64,000 bases of DNA. Source: Octopus sinensis. Its lineage: Eukaryota. Shown piece after piece: positions 26,475 through 39,384 of the stretch; position 1 is the first letter of the stretch; every line of letters starts with the position of its first letter. The DNA is taken from contig NC_042997.1 of NCBI RefSeq assembly GCF_006345805.1, forward strand, positions 37,138,001 to 37,202,000, written 5' to 3'. Both the position numbers and the translations under genes were made by a program. The notes under the pieces were generated by a model. That model was not told the origin of the DNA. It worked only from the letters and a program-made list of their open reading frames with translations, and did no database searches.

Positions 26475-27382
26475 AATAACCTTTGCACTTGATTTTTTAA
26501 TGTCTCTACCCCCATATTTGCGTGAGTTGAATTGAGCAAACACTATATGAGAGAGGTTTTCTTTAAGTATTAGAAATAGTTTTAAAAAAGTTTTTTTAGC
26601 TGCTATTTCTAATGAGTTCAGTATGCGGCAAAGTAATTTATTTTACTAAGCCCTTTTATATAATGTAATAATTTGAATTCGCCTTAAATGGTCCCTTTGC
26701 ATACTGAACACTTGGTGAAATTGATTAATTAATTAATTTTACCCTCAATTGTTGAAATTATATATATATATATGCACATATATAAATATACAAAATTATA
26801 TAGACGGACCTGTCCGGAAAAATGTTTATAAAAATCGACTAAAAGAGGTGATAAAAATGAATTAGTAAAACATATCAATCGACTAAAAATTTTACCCATC
26901 CATTAAAAATATTTTAATAAAAGCAGTTCTTAGAAATGAGGCAAGTCCGGTATCCAAGGAGCGTAAGAGAGTTCCAAAAGAGGGTATATCATAATCCACA
27001 TCTATGGCCATTTCGGGGGCTCACTGCCGCGGTCCGATTGCAAGTTAAAGCGCATTTTGTCAATGACCCGCTCATCGGGATGAAGAAGGCTCTATAGGAA
27101 TTTCACAATCAAGAAATAAGAATAGTACCCATATAGTAATTCTTGCGAAGTACTTCATAGTGAAAATCCTAGAGAGTACTGTTCATCCTGTTATAAAGTT
27201 TCCTTTCATCCCATTTGTGGGTAATAATATTTAAACTAATCGAGCACAGGGGGTGATTTAATCGATTTCCCGCTCCTCGACATTGCTGGTCTTATGCCAA
27301 AATTTGAAACTAATATTTGTGTTTACATTATTCGCACACACTCATACACACGTGCATACATTATATATAGATACATATAATT

Positions 27383-27432
<50 letters not shown>

Positions 27433-27436
<4 letters not shown>

Positions 27437-27652
27437 AACTTATACATAAGGGCTAAAGAAAATTATTTCAATGCCAATATGCTGATAACATACTTATAAA
27501 TACTTAATTTCCATATATTATTTACTCGCTACAGAAAAAAAACATTGCTATTGTAGCGAGTAAATAATATGTGGAAATTGACGATTTAATAGTCTGTTAT
27601 CAGCATATTGGCATTGAAATAATTTTCTTTAGCCCTTATATATAAGTTGTTT
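27433..27652. mobile_element. 220-bp hairpin MITE-like element
   Basis: AAACAACTTATACATAAGGGCTAAAGAAAATTATTTCAATGCCAATATGCTGATAACA.. mirrored at 27595-27652; inner arm AATTTCCATATATTATTTACTCGCTACA also mirrored; A-rich loop 27533-27550. Confidence 0.8.
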
Positions 27653-28831
27653 GTAATTTTAACCGTAACGGTATTTTAATATGCTGCCACATTTTTTGAT
27701 GGAATTTTTTTTCTGTAAAAAAACTTCATCCTATATTAGTAGTATATACATATATGTATACACACCAGAACATTCCTAATAAACACACATGTTCATGTGA
27801 TCGATGATTCTCGCAGTTTTACTCGCTTTCTCTTGGGCTTATGATCAAAATAAGACCAAATACTGGAACATATATTACAAATGAATGAAATGTCTGTGGG
27901 AAAGAAAGAAACGCTAATTGAAGCCCATTGTGAAATCAAAGAAAGGAAGGAATATTTATCGATCGTCGTACAGAAATGTACCTAAAAAGGAAAGTTTTTG
28001 CATTGATAGGGCTTTATTTTTGAAACGAGTACATTTGAATAAAACTTGAAAGAAATGTGTTTGCAATTAGAATTGCCTGGTGAACTGAAGTAGAAGAGTA
28101 AATATTTTTGGAAGGGTCTCATGAAGCATAAAGAAATTCGAGAAAAATTCTAAAGAAATTGTTATATTTAACAAGGTTCTGTTTAAAAAAAAAAAAAATA
28201 TATATATATATCTGTATATAATATAAAAATTGAATAGGTCCAAAATATTATTTTACGTTATTACGTCACGACTACAAAAGCAAAATTGTCGGTGGTTGGG
28301 CGGGTTTGTCGTTGTATGTGAAAGAAAAGCAGTAGTACTGAAACGGATTGTCTGAAGAGACAGAATTCTGTGTTTATGCACACGCGCAGCAGAAAAAAGA
28401 ATCGGAAAAGAAAATCGAAAATGATCAGTGAATCTGATAGACCAGATATACAGAAGAATGTAAACAGTGATTTTGGTGATAATAAAAGGGAAATTTTATT
28501 AATACTATAGGTTTGCTACTGTTTTTAGCAAATTATCGACTCTAAATATATTTGGAAGAATAAATATAGAAATGTGGCAGAAATGACGTCAGATGCACAA
28601 TACAAATTATAAAGACATATACTGCCAACCTGCATGAAATATTGTGAGATTCGGCAGCTGTTTCTATGTCCACTTAAGGTAGCCATCATATTTGGCAGAT
28701 TTTCTGGTTAGATATTTCGCGTCCCCGTATGACTGTGCATATCGGCTTAGGTGAGTGTGCGTTTCAGAAATAAAGAGAGAAGTCGAGGTGGGGTTTATTC
28801 GAGAGTATAAAGGGATATATTTTATATATAA

Positions 28832-29227
28832 CTAGCAGTATCGCCCGGCGTTGCTCGGGTTTGTAAGAGAAATCACTATATAAGCAATTTTAGAGATGTA
28901 AAGTATAATAGCCATCTCAATATGACTAGCCACAAAGGAGGGGTGATACTGTAGCTTTTTACGTTCTGAGATTTAATAATAAATTTTTAGAGAGTTACTT
29001 CCCTTATATAATAGCAAAAAAGGCATTAAAAATGGGAAAAATTCATGAAAATTTTTTTTAAATCGTAGACTCATCGAAGACGCGCGCTAATACCCAGAAG
29101 GGCTTCATATGAATCACGATTATAAGATACCCGGTTTTGGTTAAACTGCACCGCAAAATGTTGGAGTAGTTAGGAATCTAAATCGTAGGAGACAGACAGC
29201 ACACAACCTCCCTTTTATATTTTAAGA
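28832..29227 (-). mobile_element. Non-autonomous Helitron, second copy
   Basis: Minus strand 5' TCTTAAAATATAAAAG, 3' CCCGAGCAACGCCGGG hairpin then TACTGCTAG|T; homologous to 8434-8834. Confidence 0.8.
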
Positions 29228-29245
29228 TGATATTCTTCTAAATAA

Positions 29246-29496
29246 AAATATGCACCCTTTTAAAGCCTAGCCAGGCTCATGGGCCCGGTTTCGCGGTTTC
29301 AATGGCATATGTATTCTCCAGTTGGACGGACGCCAGTCCATCGCCACGTTACTCATTTTTGCCGGTTGAGTGGACTGGAGCAACGTGAAATGAAGTGTTT
29401 TGCTCAAGAACACAACGCGTCGCCCGGTTCAGTAATCGAAACCACAATCTTACGATCATGATGCTGACACCCTAACCACTAAGCCACGCGCCTCCA
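29246..29496 (-). mobile_element. tRNA-derived SINE
   Basis: Head GGAGGCGCGTGGCTTAGTGGTTAGGG..GGTTTCGATTACT; core TTGAGCAAAACACTTCATTTCACGTTGCTCCAGTCCACTC. Confidence 0.85.
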
Positions 29497-29660
29497 CATG
29501 TCATTTATCTGTTACTGTTACTTCCAGCATTCTAATATCTAGAAAAACGTCACGGTACCGCTTCTGATCTGTATACGAGTGCACATGCTATATAGTATTG
29601 TCTTAGTTTGCTAAATTTGATCCATGTGAATGTGTGTTGCATAATTATATATGGTTGTTA

Positions 29661-29890
29661 GCGGCGAGCTGGTAGAAACCTTAGCACGCCGGGCGAAATT
29701 CGTAGCCGTATTTCGTCTGTCGTTACGTTCCGAGTTCAAATTCCGCCGAGGTCGACTTTGCCTTTCATCCTTTCGGGGTCGATAAATTAACTACCAGTTA
29801 CGCACTGGGGGTCGATGTAGTCGACTTAATCCCTCTGTCTGTCCTTGTTTGTCCCCTCTGTGTTTAGCCCCTTGTGGGTAGTAAATATAT
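29661..29890 (+). mobile_element. tRNA-derived SINE (second core type)
   Basis: GCGGCGAGCTGGTAGAAACCTTAGC..GAGTTCAAATTCC (B box), core GGTCGACTTTGCCTTTCATCCTTTCGGGGTCGATAAATTAA; diverged copies at 56.6, 60.8 and 61.0 kb. Confidence 0.85.
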
Positions 29891-30529
29891 ATATGGTTGT
29901 TAGCCTATGCTTCTGCTATTGTGGTCTCTGTTGAGCTCTGGTCAATCCTAAGCGAACAGAATTATGTGAAAGCTATTGCAGAGATGATAATCCGTCATTT
30001 TATATATCAGCGACTATATTTTCTTTTATGTCATCACAAACTTTAAGATGACAATCACTGCTAGGCTATAATTTCCTTTTTCGGAGCATACAATCTCTCT
30101 CTCTCTTAGTGCGTGTGTGTATATGTGCGTGCGTGCGTATGTGTGCGTTGGTGCGTGCTCATGTGCGTGCATCCTTGACGTGTTCATGTATATTCTGAAC
30201 TATTTTACGTTACAAAACAAGTAACCCTAGGTTTCCCAGGTGTCTTCTCAAAACTTTTTGTCATTAGAGAATAAAAAATAAATAAATATTCGATGATGAA
30301 TCGAATACTAGCATTTCCATCACCGATATACGCTGACAGCATCGTTAATTCTAATTATTTGCCTAACGTAGATAGAACGTATCAGGATATTTATTATTCG
30401 TTCATGGTGTTTTTGCGTACTTCTAATAGTTTGTAGTTTGCCAGTCTCGAAACGGACTCTGCTACTGGCTTTGTAAAGTATGAGTTCATAAAACTATTTT
30501 CAGTGACATATTACGGTCGAGATTATCTT

Positions 30530-30568
30530 GTATAACACACACACACACACACACATACACACACATGT

Positions 30569-30646
<78 letters not shown>

Positions 30647-30673
30647 TACATTATATATACATAATATATACAT

Positions 30674-30717
<44 letters not shown>

Positions 30718-30724
30718 TATATAC

Positions 30725-30796
<72 letters not shown>

Positions 30797-31010
30797 TATA
30801 TGAATATATATATATATATATATATATATGAATATATGAATATATATATATGAATATATGAATATATATATATATATATGAATATATGTATGTATATTCA
30901 TTTGCGTGTGTATATATATTAATATACATATATATATTATATATATAATATAATATATATATATATATATAATATTATATATATATATATATATTAATAT
31001 ATATATGTAT
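30530..31010. repeat. (CA)n/(TA)n microsatellite block
   Basis: Direct reading; source of spurious YIYI ORFs. Confidence 0.95.
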
Positions 31011-32299
31011 ATAGGGAAAGGTTAGCTGTCATTTTCAATTTTATGCCACTCGTATTAGAACGCTATGATTTAATTTCCTCTATGTCAGTTTAATATAATA
31101 CCGATAAAGTTATGAGTTGAAAATATACGCCAAGATATTTATCTAATACATCGAACAATATCTTCATCGATGAAATCGCCTATATCAATCATAGTTATAA
31201 TGGTGATTATTTATGAATCTACCCTTGCATTTAATAAATTATAATCTCTATTCTAAAGTAGAGGGCTAAACACAATTAACAAGCTGTATTCATAAATGCT
31301 AATATAAGCACGCAACATGTAGTAAACTTTATAGTTTTGTTAAATCACAGTGGGAGATCATTTGTAGATACGTTGCGAGGAAGTACGACCGACGTTTGGT
31401 CGATTGATCTTTATATTTATAAACACAACGTGATCCCAATGATATTTGAAATTATAAGGCGATATCATATTTACTTTCATGCTGTACAGGCACGGATACT
31501 TGCATATAACTTGCGCACACACATACACATACGCGCGCGATTTTAATTAAATCCTTATTAGAAGACTCATAGACGTACAACTTACATTTCAATTCTGATC
31601 TAACCTACGTCACACCAAAACATTGCTTTATCCTACTTTGAGAAAAATTGAGACAGACAAATTAGTATTCGTCTCACCCCGTTTTCACTACTTATATTTG
31701 TCTACGAAGAAATATTCATTATTATACATATTATAAGACACAACTTGAAAATAAAGTATTCGAAATTGACAGAATTCTGCAATCGTACATATCGTCTTAA
31801 AAACGTTCTCTGAGGGTAGACAGATATATTGTTTTCCGAACATCGATCAATTTATGTACGAGTAACGACAGCAGGCACTTCTATCAGCATCGCTGCGCAC
31901 CAAAGTTACAATGGTCAGCCAAATCAGTAAGTAAGTAGAATTCAATATACGAATGTCTGACTGTAAGGAAAAGAAATCTTGTTATTAAAATTTCTCCAGG
32001 CTAAGATCATGAACCGGACGAGTTGAGAACAGTGTTGGCTTGTTAAGTATGTGTTGGATACAATGTATTGCTGCTTCTTAGCCGCACTGGATTATTCGTA
32101 ACAAAACTATACGTCGGCAATAAAAAGTAAAAGGAATGAGTATTTTAATATGTCTACCCACGCTGCGAAGTCGGTACTGCGACTTACAATATACGTGTGT
32201 TTATACTTAAACAGACACGTACGTTATGTATGTATATGATTCATACAAACACACACACACACTGAAATACACACACATGTTCACTAAGTATAGAACATG

Positions 32300-32792
<493 letters not shown>

Positions 32793-34544
32793 TGCCCTTT
32801 GGTTGCTGGAGAAGGGGTAGGATAACTGTCGTGATAACATTACATATTGTAGAAATACGGGTGAACGACAATCGTTTTATCTCCAGACAATAAACAACTC
32901 TTCATTCTTGAGATAATATCTCCTTTTCATATAGATTTCGTCCCACTCATCAGTTGATAATTGTTAAGCATCTTCTAGAGGCGTATATTTTAAATATAAA
33001 AGAAATATTGTTGCTGTCCTTTAATACATATATCTGTATTTTATTTTACTCTATATTAATCTGTGTGTATGCCTTTGGTCAGTAAGTCTTATTTCCTATT
33101 TGCTTGTATCAAAAGAAATGACTATTATTCTCTTGCATTTGTAACCTGGACATAAGTATTTTGAAGCTAACCTATTTTCCATTACATTTCAGGTACATTC
33201 AGTGGTGTGTTGCTGTAGCAGAACTATGGTTAAGGCAAATATTCTGCTCAGTACCACAGATTTGCTTGTCAGAGAAAAGGGATGTTTCGGGGTTCAAAAA
33301 ATGTAACAAAATCAACATTTGAAGTAAGTATTTTGCCATTTTTCATACTTTCTAGTAGTAAGCAAATAGGAAATTCCAGCTGTTACCCAAAGATAAAAAA
33401 AATATATTACGCCGTATTACTTGATCATAGTTTACTTTTTATTTAATCAGGTTGCGAATAGCAGAACTGTTGTTCATAGCTGACGATGCGATAAACCACA
33501 GAAATGCAAGAGTCTTACGATTCATAGCCCAATAATATGGTTTTCCATACTTTATCGAGGAAGATAATTTTCTTCTGGTCCTGTTTCAGCAGCGGAACGT
33601 CTCCTTACCTTGAATACACCCAATCGGAGTACACAGAAATATATCTTATTCAAAATCGCTGCCATTGTATCTGACATCATCAAGCGTGCCTCATGCAGCT
33701 GTAATGTAAATGATTTCATTGGCAGCGGTCAGTGAAATGCAGATTTGGTTTACTCTGATGATGATGGGTGCATTCTTCCGAAAATCGATGTCAGTTACAT
33801 CTCAGGCTGTGGTTTCACATATATCGTGAAGACGGGGGAATTTCTCCTGGAACTTCTCCTGCAACAGAACGTTTCACACATCCCAATACATTCGAAATGA
33901 GAGTTTACGCCAATATATGTTAAATGTTCCGTGAAATTTTGTTTCTATCATTCTTGCCTCAACAAATTTTGGGTACGGCCAATGAAACACATGTTCTTCT
34001 AATAAGTATGAGTTCATACCGCAACACATTCAGAGGTATCGGTCGCACTGGCACAGTTTGTCTTGTTTATACGCCAATTTACTGCAAGATAGCGGTCTCA
34101 GAAAGCTCCCTAAACGACACCACGTGTTGAAGAATTTTGAATGTCTCAAACCAGCTCTGCGACTCAGTTAAATTAATCTAGAGTGAAAGATGTCGATATT
34201 TTGCTATTGTTACAGATTGTTCAGTACTCTTTATTCGGATCACCTGCATCGAATTGAACGAGCAGTCTCGATCATATATCCTAATAATGTGGAGGCTATT
34301 CGCTCATGTGCTCTGGCGTAGCACATGTGACACAAAATAAATTTCAAATTGTTCATGGCCAGAATTCAATTTCTTTTGAGCTGAGATGAGAAAATGGAGC
34401 TATAGCAATACCGAAATCATTATAAGTATAATTCTCGATTTCCTCGGGCGAGTTATCTCACTTGTCAGGAACATTCAGTGCGACCGATAACATTTAGTTT
34501 ATTAGAGCTGCTTTTAACTTGATATGTAATATAATGATATAAAG

Positions 34545-34635
34545 GCGCGAGCATGGATGTGTGGTAGGAAGGGCGGGTTGACCAAGACTTGTGAGTGGTT
34601 TTGCTAGTCGGAAACTGAAAGAAGCCCTTCATTAT
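34545..34635 (+). mobile_element. Deleted SINE head
   Basis: AGGCGCGAGCATGGATGTGTGGTAGG..TTGTGAGTGGTTTTGCTAGTCGGAAACTGAAAGAAGCC matches the head of 8948-9370. Confidence 0.7.
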
Positions 34636-34735
34636 ATGTGCGTGTGCGTGTGCACGCGTGTGTGTGTGTACATATATACATACATCTGTATCTGTGTGTA
34701 TGTATGTATCTTTGTACATATATATATATATATAT

Positions 34736-34840
<105 letters not shown>

Positions 34841-36975
34841 ATATAGGTGTTATTATGTGCCTGTATATTAGCGTGTGGCTTTGTGTGTTTTGTGTGTTAG
34901 CATAGGATATTTCTTCATAAATCTCACAATTTTCTTGAGTTGCAACAATGTGCCGTTGAGACATTTCGATTTCATGAATGTTGTAGTATTGTTTCTTCGT
35001 ATTTATTGCAATCGTTTATTTGTGCTGCTTGGAGGCTCGTGTGTTATGTAACAGCAGAGAGCCATTACGTAGTTTGTGAGTATGGTAACAATATTACTTG
35101 TAAACAGACACTGACCTGAGTTGGCTATTTAGAATTCAAGCGTGGTCTCATCGCCAGAGGAGCGTGCGAGTAAAAGCAACTCTCAGAATGCTTATAACAC
35201 ACTGAACAATGTCAAGTACATAAGCAGGTGGATGAAATACATGATATCTTACAAACGGTGTGTAAATACAATGAATATACTTGTTTAGTCTTTAAAAACT
35301 GAAAACAGTTGCAATCTTATGCTTGCTTTTATCGTGTGTAAACCTAAATGGGCTCCACAAAAGAGAGCATATTAAAGAGAACTTTAATGCAATCATTTAG
35401 TAAATTGAAGTCTCGCCAAACGTGTTAGTAACATAAATTCTAGCAAATCTTGTAGTTACATACATATTTAGAAACGATCTAACAAGGTTAGATGAAATGC
35501 TCTTTCGTCTTTTGACCAAGTAATTGTAAATTTGGCGCCAATTCATGCTTAACTTTTGAGAGACAGGAAAAATGTGCATAGAGTGAGGGAGTTGAGGGAG
35601 TAATTAAGAAATTGCATAGGCAATTAAAGTATTTTATCGCAAATTGCAATAAACAATTTTTAGCTGATCTTGTATTGATTCGTTTACATAAATATTGCAT
35701 CCAGCGCACAAATATAGTTATTTAATCTACACAATCATTAATTAATAGTGATTATGATTTACTCTGTTGTGCTTAATCCTTCACATATTTTGATATATTT
35801 TTCATTTGGCAAAACATTTCAAATATATGCTTATATAAATATGGAAACTATGGACGTTTTGACTTGTACTTAATTCCCAGCAAAATTCAGATATGACCTA
35901 TGCACATCATAAATCACAGGCAATGAAATAGGCTCATAGGCATATATTCCACATTATTTACAAAGTAAATAGCTTCTGTTGATCAACAATACATACTTAA
36001 CAATATGATATAATCATATATTCCCCCACAATCAAAATATTTTCTTTCTCTTTTGTCTTTCTAAATCTCTCTCTTACTCTCTTTATCTGAGTGTGTGTAT
36101 GAGTAAGCGTGCACGTGCGCGCTTTATATAAATTTATATCTTTTAAAGGATTAGACGTAGGACTTTTCAAATTTGTATTATAACGAATCTGTCAATTCCT
36201 TTACACTCAAACGTACAAACATATATTCACAAACACACTCGTACACAGAAATACACACACACACACACACACGCACACACATACACACACACACACACAC
36301 ACACGAATACATTTATACACATGTCTAAGTTCCAGGAGAGTTTCAAAAATGCTTATGCACACGATGGATACATAATACCTTACATAATATGTATGTATAT
36401 TAATGAGTATATTTAACAGGTGGTATAGCTCACGCCAGTCATACGGTGTTTTTTTAATGTCTATACGAAAACTTTCAATACGTGGATATATCAAGAATTT
36501 CCCGGTCTACTGAAACGCTGCAATTTCACTCAGCAAAATGCTATATGAGGGTCACTGCTTGCTCTCACTGCGCACGCAACCGAGTGCTACCATCTATTAG
36601 TTCACTACAGAACTGGTCCGTAACCTTTTTGATATTACTTCGTATATTGTTTAAAGTTCTCTATGTTTTACAGTAATTTAAGTATGAAACTTTTAGTGGC
36701 AATATCAAGATTACCCTTTCATTTCTATTTTGTTATAATCAGAGCATCATTTTACTCAAGAGACGTCGTCAGCTAACTCACTTCTAGTTTTCTTATCGGT
36801 GCCTTTAAAATTAGTACATTTCCCTCAGTGAGGCAAAACTGTCATCTGATTGTTTGTTCTAACTATACATTTGTATATCTTTCGTCATCAGAGTACAGTC
36901 AACTATTTTTAACCATTATACCAGCACCCTAAACAGAAAAGGAGAGAACGAGTCTCCCTGGAATATTCGGTTGCA

Positions 36976-37428
36976 GAATTTTGCTTTTAGCACGCCATAT
37001 AATCCCTCATAAGTTTTCTATTTTGGGGGAAATTTCAGAAACATTTTTTGAATTTGTGTCCTGCACACCGGAATTCATATGATTAAGCACAAAACAAAAC
37101 AAAAATTTTGTGTGTAATTTAGCTGTTATTTTTAGCACATCTCACACGCACATATTACCTTCCCCGATTCATTGTCAATATATTTTTCCCCATAAACACA
37201 TTTAAGAGTTTATTACTGATTAAGTAACATTTATGGACGTTCCTAATTTAACCTCTGATTTTTAAAAAGATAATTAGAAAAATTCTAAAAACAATTTTCT
37301 TTAAAAAATTCGAATAATTAAAAGGATATTTTTTCATTGTTGTATGAAATCCTGCAAAAGTTTTCTGAAAATGCCAAAAAATTCGAAAAATATGAGGAAA
37401 AAAATATGGTGTGCTTAAAACAGAATTC
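36976..37428. mobile_element. Old MITE-like element with ~75-bp diverged TIRs
   Basis: GAATTTTGCTTTTAGCACGCCATAT..CCTCATAAG..TTTCAGAAAC aligns by eye with the reverse complement of 37355-37428. Confidence 0.55.
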
Positions 37429-37454
37429 CGTCTATTCCTTTTGTAATGGGAATA

Positions 37455-37780
37455 GCATTAGTTCTTCATGATTCCCTCCATTGTCTGGAGCTTTAGCATT
37501 TAGCCATTTATTCATTGCATATTTCATATGTTTTATTATTGCTGGCGCTTACCTTGTTCATGTTTAGGCTAGCGTCTCAAGGATCCATGTGTGAGAACTT
37601 TTTTTCCTTTCGGCTCTGGCTTTATTAATCAATAACATATATTTACAGCCATATGAGTCTTTGTAGCATAATTTCTGCTCTTCTGGAAACAAGTAGGATT
37701 CTTCTACATGTCTGTCCATATTCTGTGATATTGTTGCACTGAAGAATTGTCAGGCACAATTAGACAGATACATAAGTGCA
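37455..37780 (-). mobile_element. R4/Dong-clade RT fragment
   Basis: Aligns by eye with 49150-49500 (TTTACAGCCATATGAG..TTCTGCTCTTCTGG..GGATCCATGTGTGAG). Confidence 0.7.
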
Positions 37781-37964
37781 CCAAATTATACGTGGATACT
37801 GGAAAATGGGCTGCTATTGCTCAAGACGTGTAGCAGAGAGTTCTCATATGTCAGTATATATATATATATATATATATATATAGGTCCCGGGTTGAGTCGA
37901 GGTTAACCACAGTAAATAAGGCACTCAATACATAGCAGAGTAAAATAATTTATTTTATAGAAGG

Positions 37965-38015
37965 AGCTTCTACAGGACTAGAACTGTTTCATTCAGATGA
38001 AATCTTCAGGAAGCT
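37965..38015 (-). ncRNA. Type I hammerhead ribozyme (intact helices I and III)
   Basis: AGCTTC CTGAAGA t-ttc-atct-gaa-t GAAA CAG ttctagtc CTG TA GAAGCT: 6-bp stem I, 4-bp stem III, canonical core, GUA site. Confidence 0.75.
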
Positions 38016-38062
38016 TCCTGAAGATTTCATCTGAATGAAACCGTTCTAGTCCTGTAGAAGCT
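38012..38062 (+). ncRNA. Mirror-image type I hammerhead ribozyme
   Basis: Same motif on + strand with one stem III mismatch (CCG/CTG); predicted cut after 38056. Confidence 0.65.
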
Positions 38063-38084
38063 CCTTCTATAAAAGAATATATAT

Positions 38085-38182
<98 letters not shown>

Positions 38183-39321
38183 ATATTATAAGTGATTTTA
38201 TACACCACATTTTCTAAAACAACTTTTATATTAATAATAGTCATGTGAATGCAGAAGGTATTTCATGAACATACTTTCGCTGCAATATCTCAAAGTAATG
38301 GAAAGTGGTCTTTATATTCCTAATGCGATGCTTTAATTACATTTTATGCAAAACGCTAGTTTTCTATAACTTTTAAATGATTTCAAAGTGTTTTACGTAA
38401 GATTGAGAGAATGAAAATCTTAACATCACTTAACATCACTGAAGTTTGTTTATTACAAGGTTATTCTACTTTTCTTCCCACATGGGACTATGTAGTAATA
38501 TCGTTTATATTGTCGTATATAATTTGAAAGTTGAAAATATGTTACTGTAAATCTATATCTGCCGATGACTGGAAACGAATTTGAAATGTTGAATCCTATA
38601 TATATATGCAAAATTTAAACTACTTTATTTTAATTACCTTCAATGTGCTTAAACAGGCACATGTAGGCACAGAATACACATACACACAGGTACAGTGCTA
38701 GCAAGCTAGATAGTTTTATATATGTGTGTGTGAGAGTGTGTGTCTGTGTGTGTGTGCGTGTGATGTATTTATCTATCCATTTATATATCTTTGTATGCAT
38801 ATGTGAGAGAGAGAAAGAGACTGCGAGAGAGAGAGAGGGAAGAATAGAGTATATACAAAATAATAAAATGTGCTTATAATAATTTTCTAAACGCTACGAA
38901 GCTACGCAATGCAGCGTTATTAAATATATGTGATAAGGTTTTGAAACTGTCAACATAAAAACAAGGTAAAGGATAATTTTGGCTGAATCTGTGCTGCAAG
39001 CACATAGATCCAAAAATACTTAAATGTAAATATATATAAAAACACATAATTACATTCGCTTACATACGCATGTGTGAATGAACGTGAGAATATATGTTCG
39101 AGTGTGTATGTATTTATATCTACCCGCACGTAGATATGTATACTGATAGAGGAGATGACGAGAGTGACAAATATACGAAGCCTTTTAAAAATCAATATAG
39201 ATTTCAAGAGATTTACTTCGGTTTTACATTCTCCAGAATACTGTGTACTTTTCTTTGTCTAATCCCGTATGCAATCTGCATTCATAACGAATAACCTGTT
39301 TCCTTCAGCCAAGACTTCTTG

Positions 39322-39384
<63 letters not shown>

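Larger units (their letters stand above)
25846..26762 (+). repeat. 360-bp direct repeats (25846-26205, 26403-26762) around a 197-bp spacer
   Basis: Copies identical except two substitutions I could find; period 557 bp. Confidence 0.95.
37882..38074. mobile_element. Pseudo-LTR-like fragment folded back on itself (122-bp palindrome 37953-38074)
   Basis: Arms mirror about AAGCTT (38011-38016) with one mismatch (37985 vs 38042); left arm continues into an AATAAA-containing tail; flanked by (TA)n. Confidence 0.75.

Noticed and set aside
26930-27040. Minus-strand APEMAIDVDYDIPSFGTLLRSLDTG, kinase subdomain VIII-IX-like
   Set aside because: APE-to-D spacing too short, in-frame stops immediately upstream, no other kinase motifs.
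33609-33698. 90-bp minus-strand AG..GTAAGG-bounded open exon (LHEARLMMSDTMAAILNKIYFCVLRLGVFK)
   Set aside because: No recognisable protein or partner exons; lies in a probable decayed repeat block.
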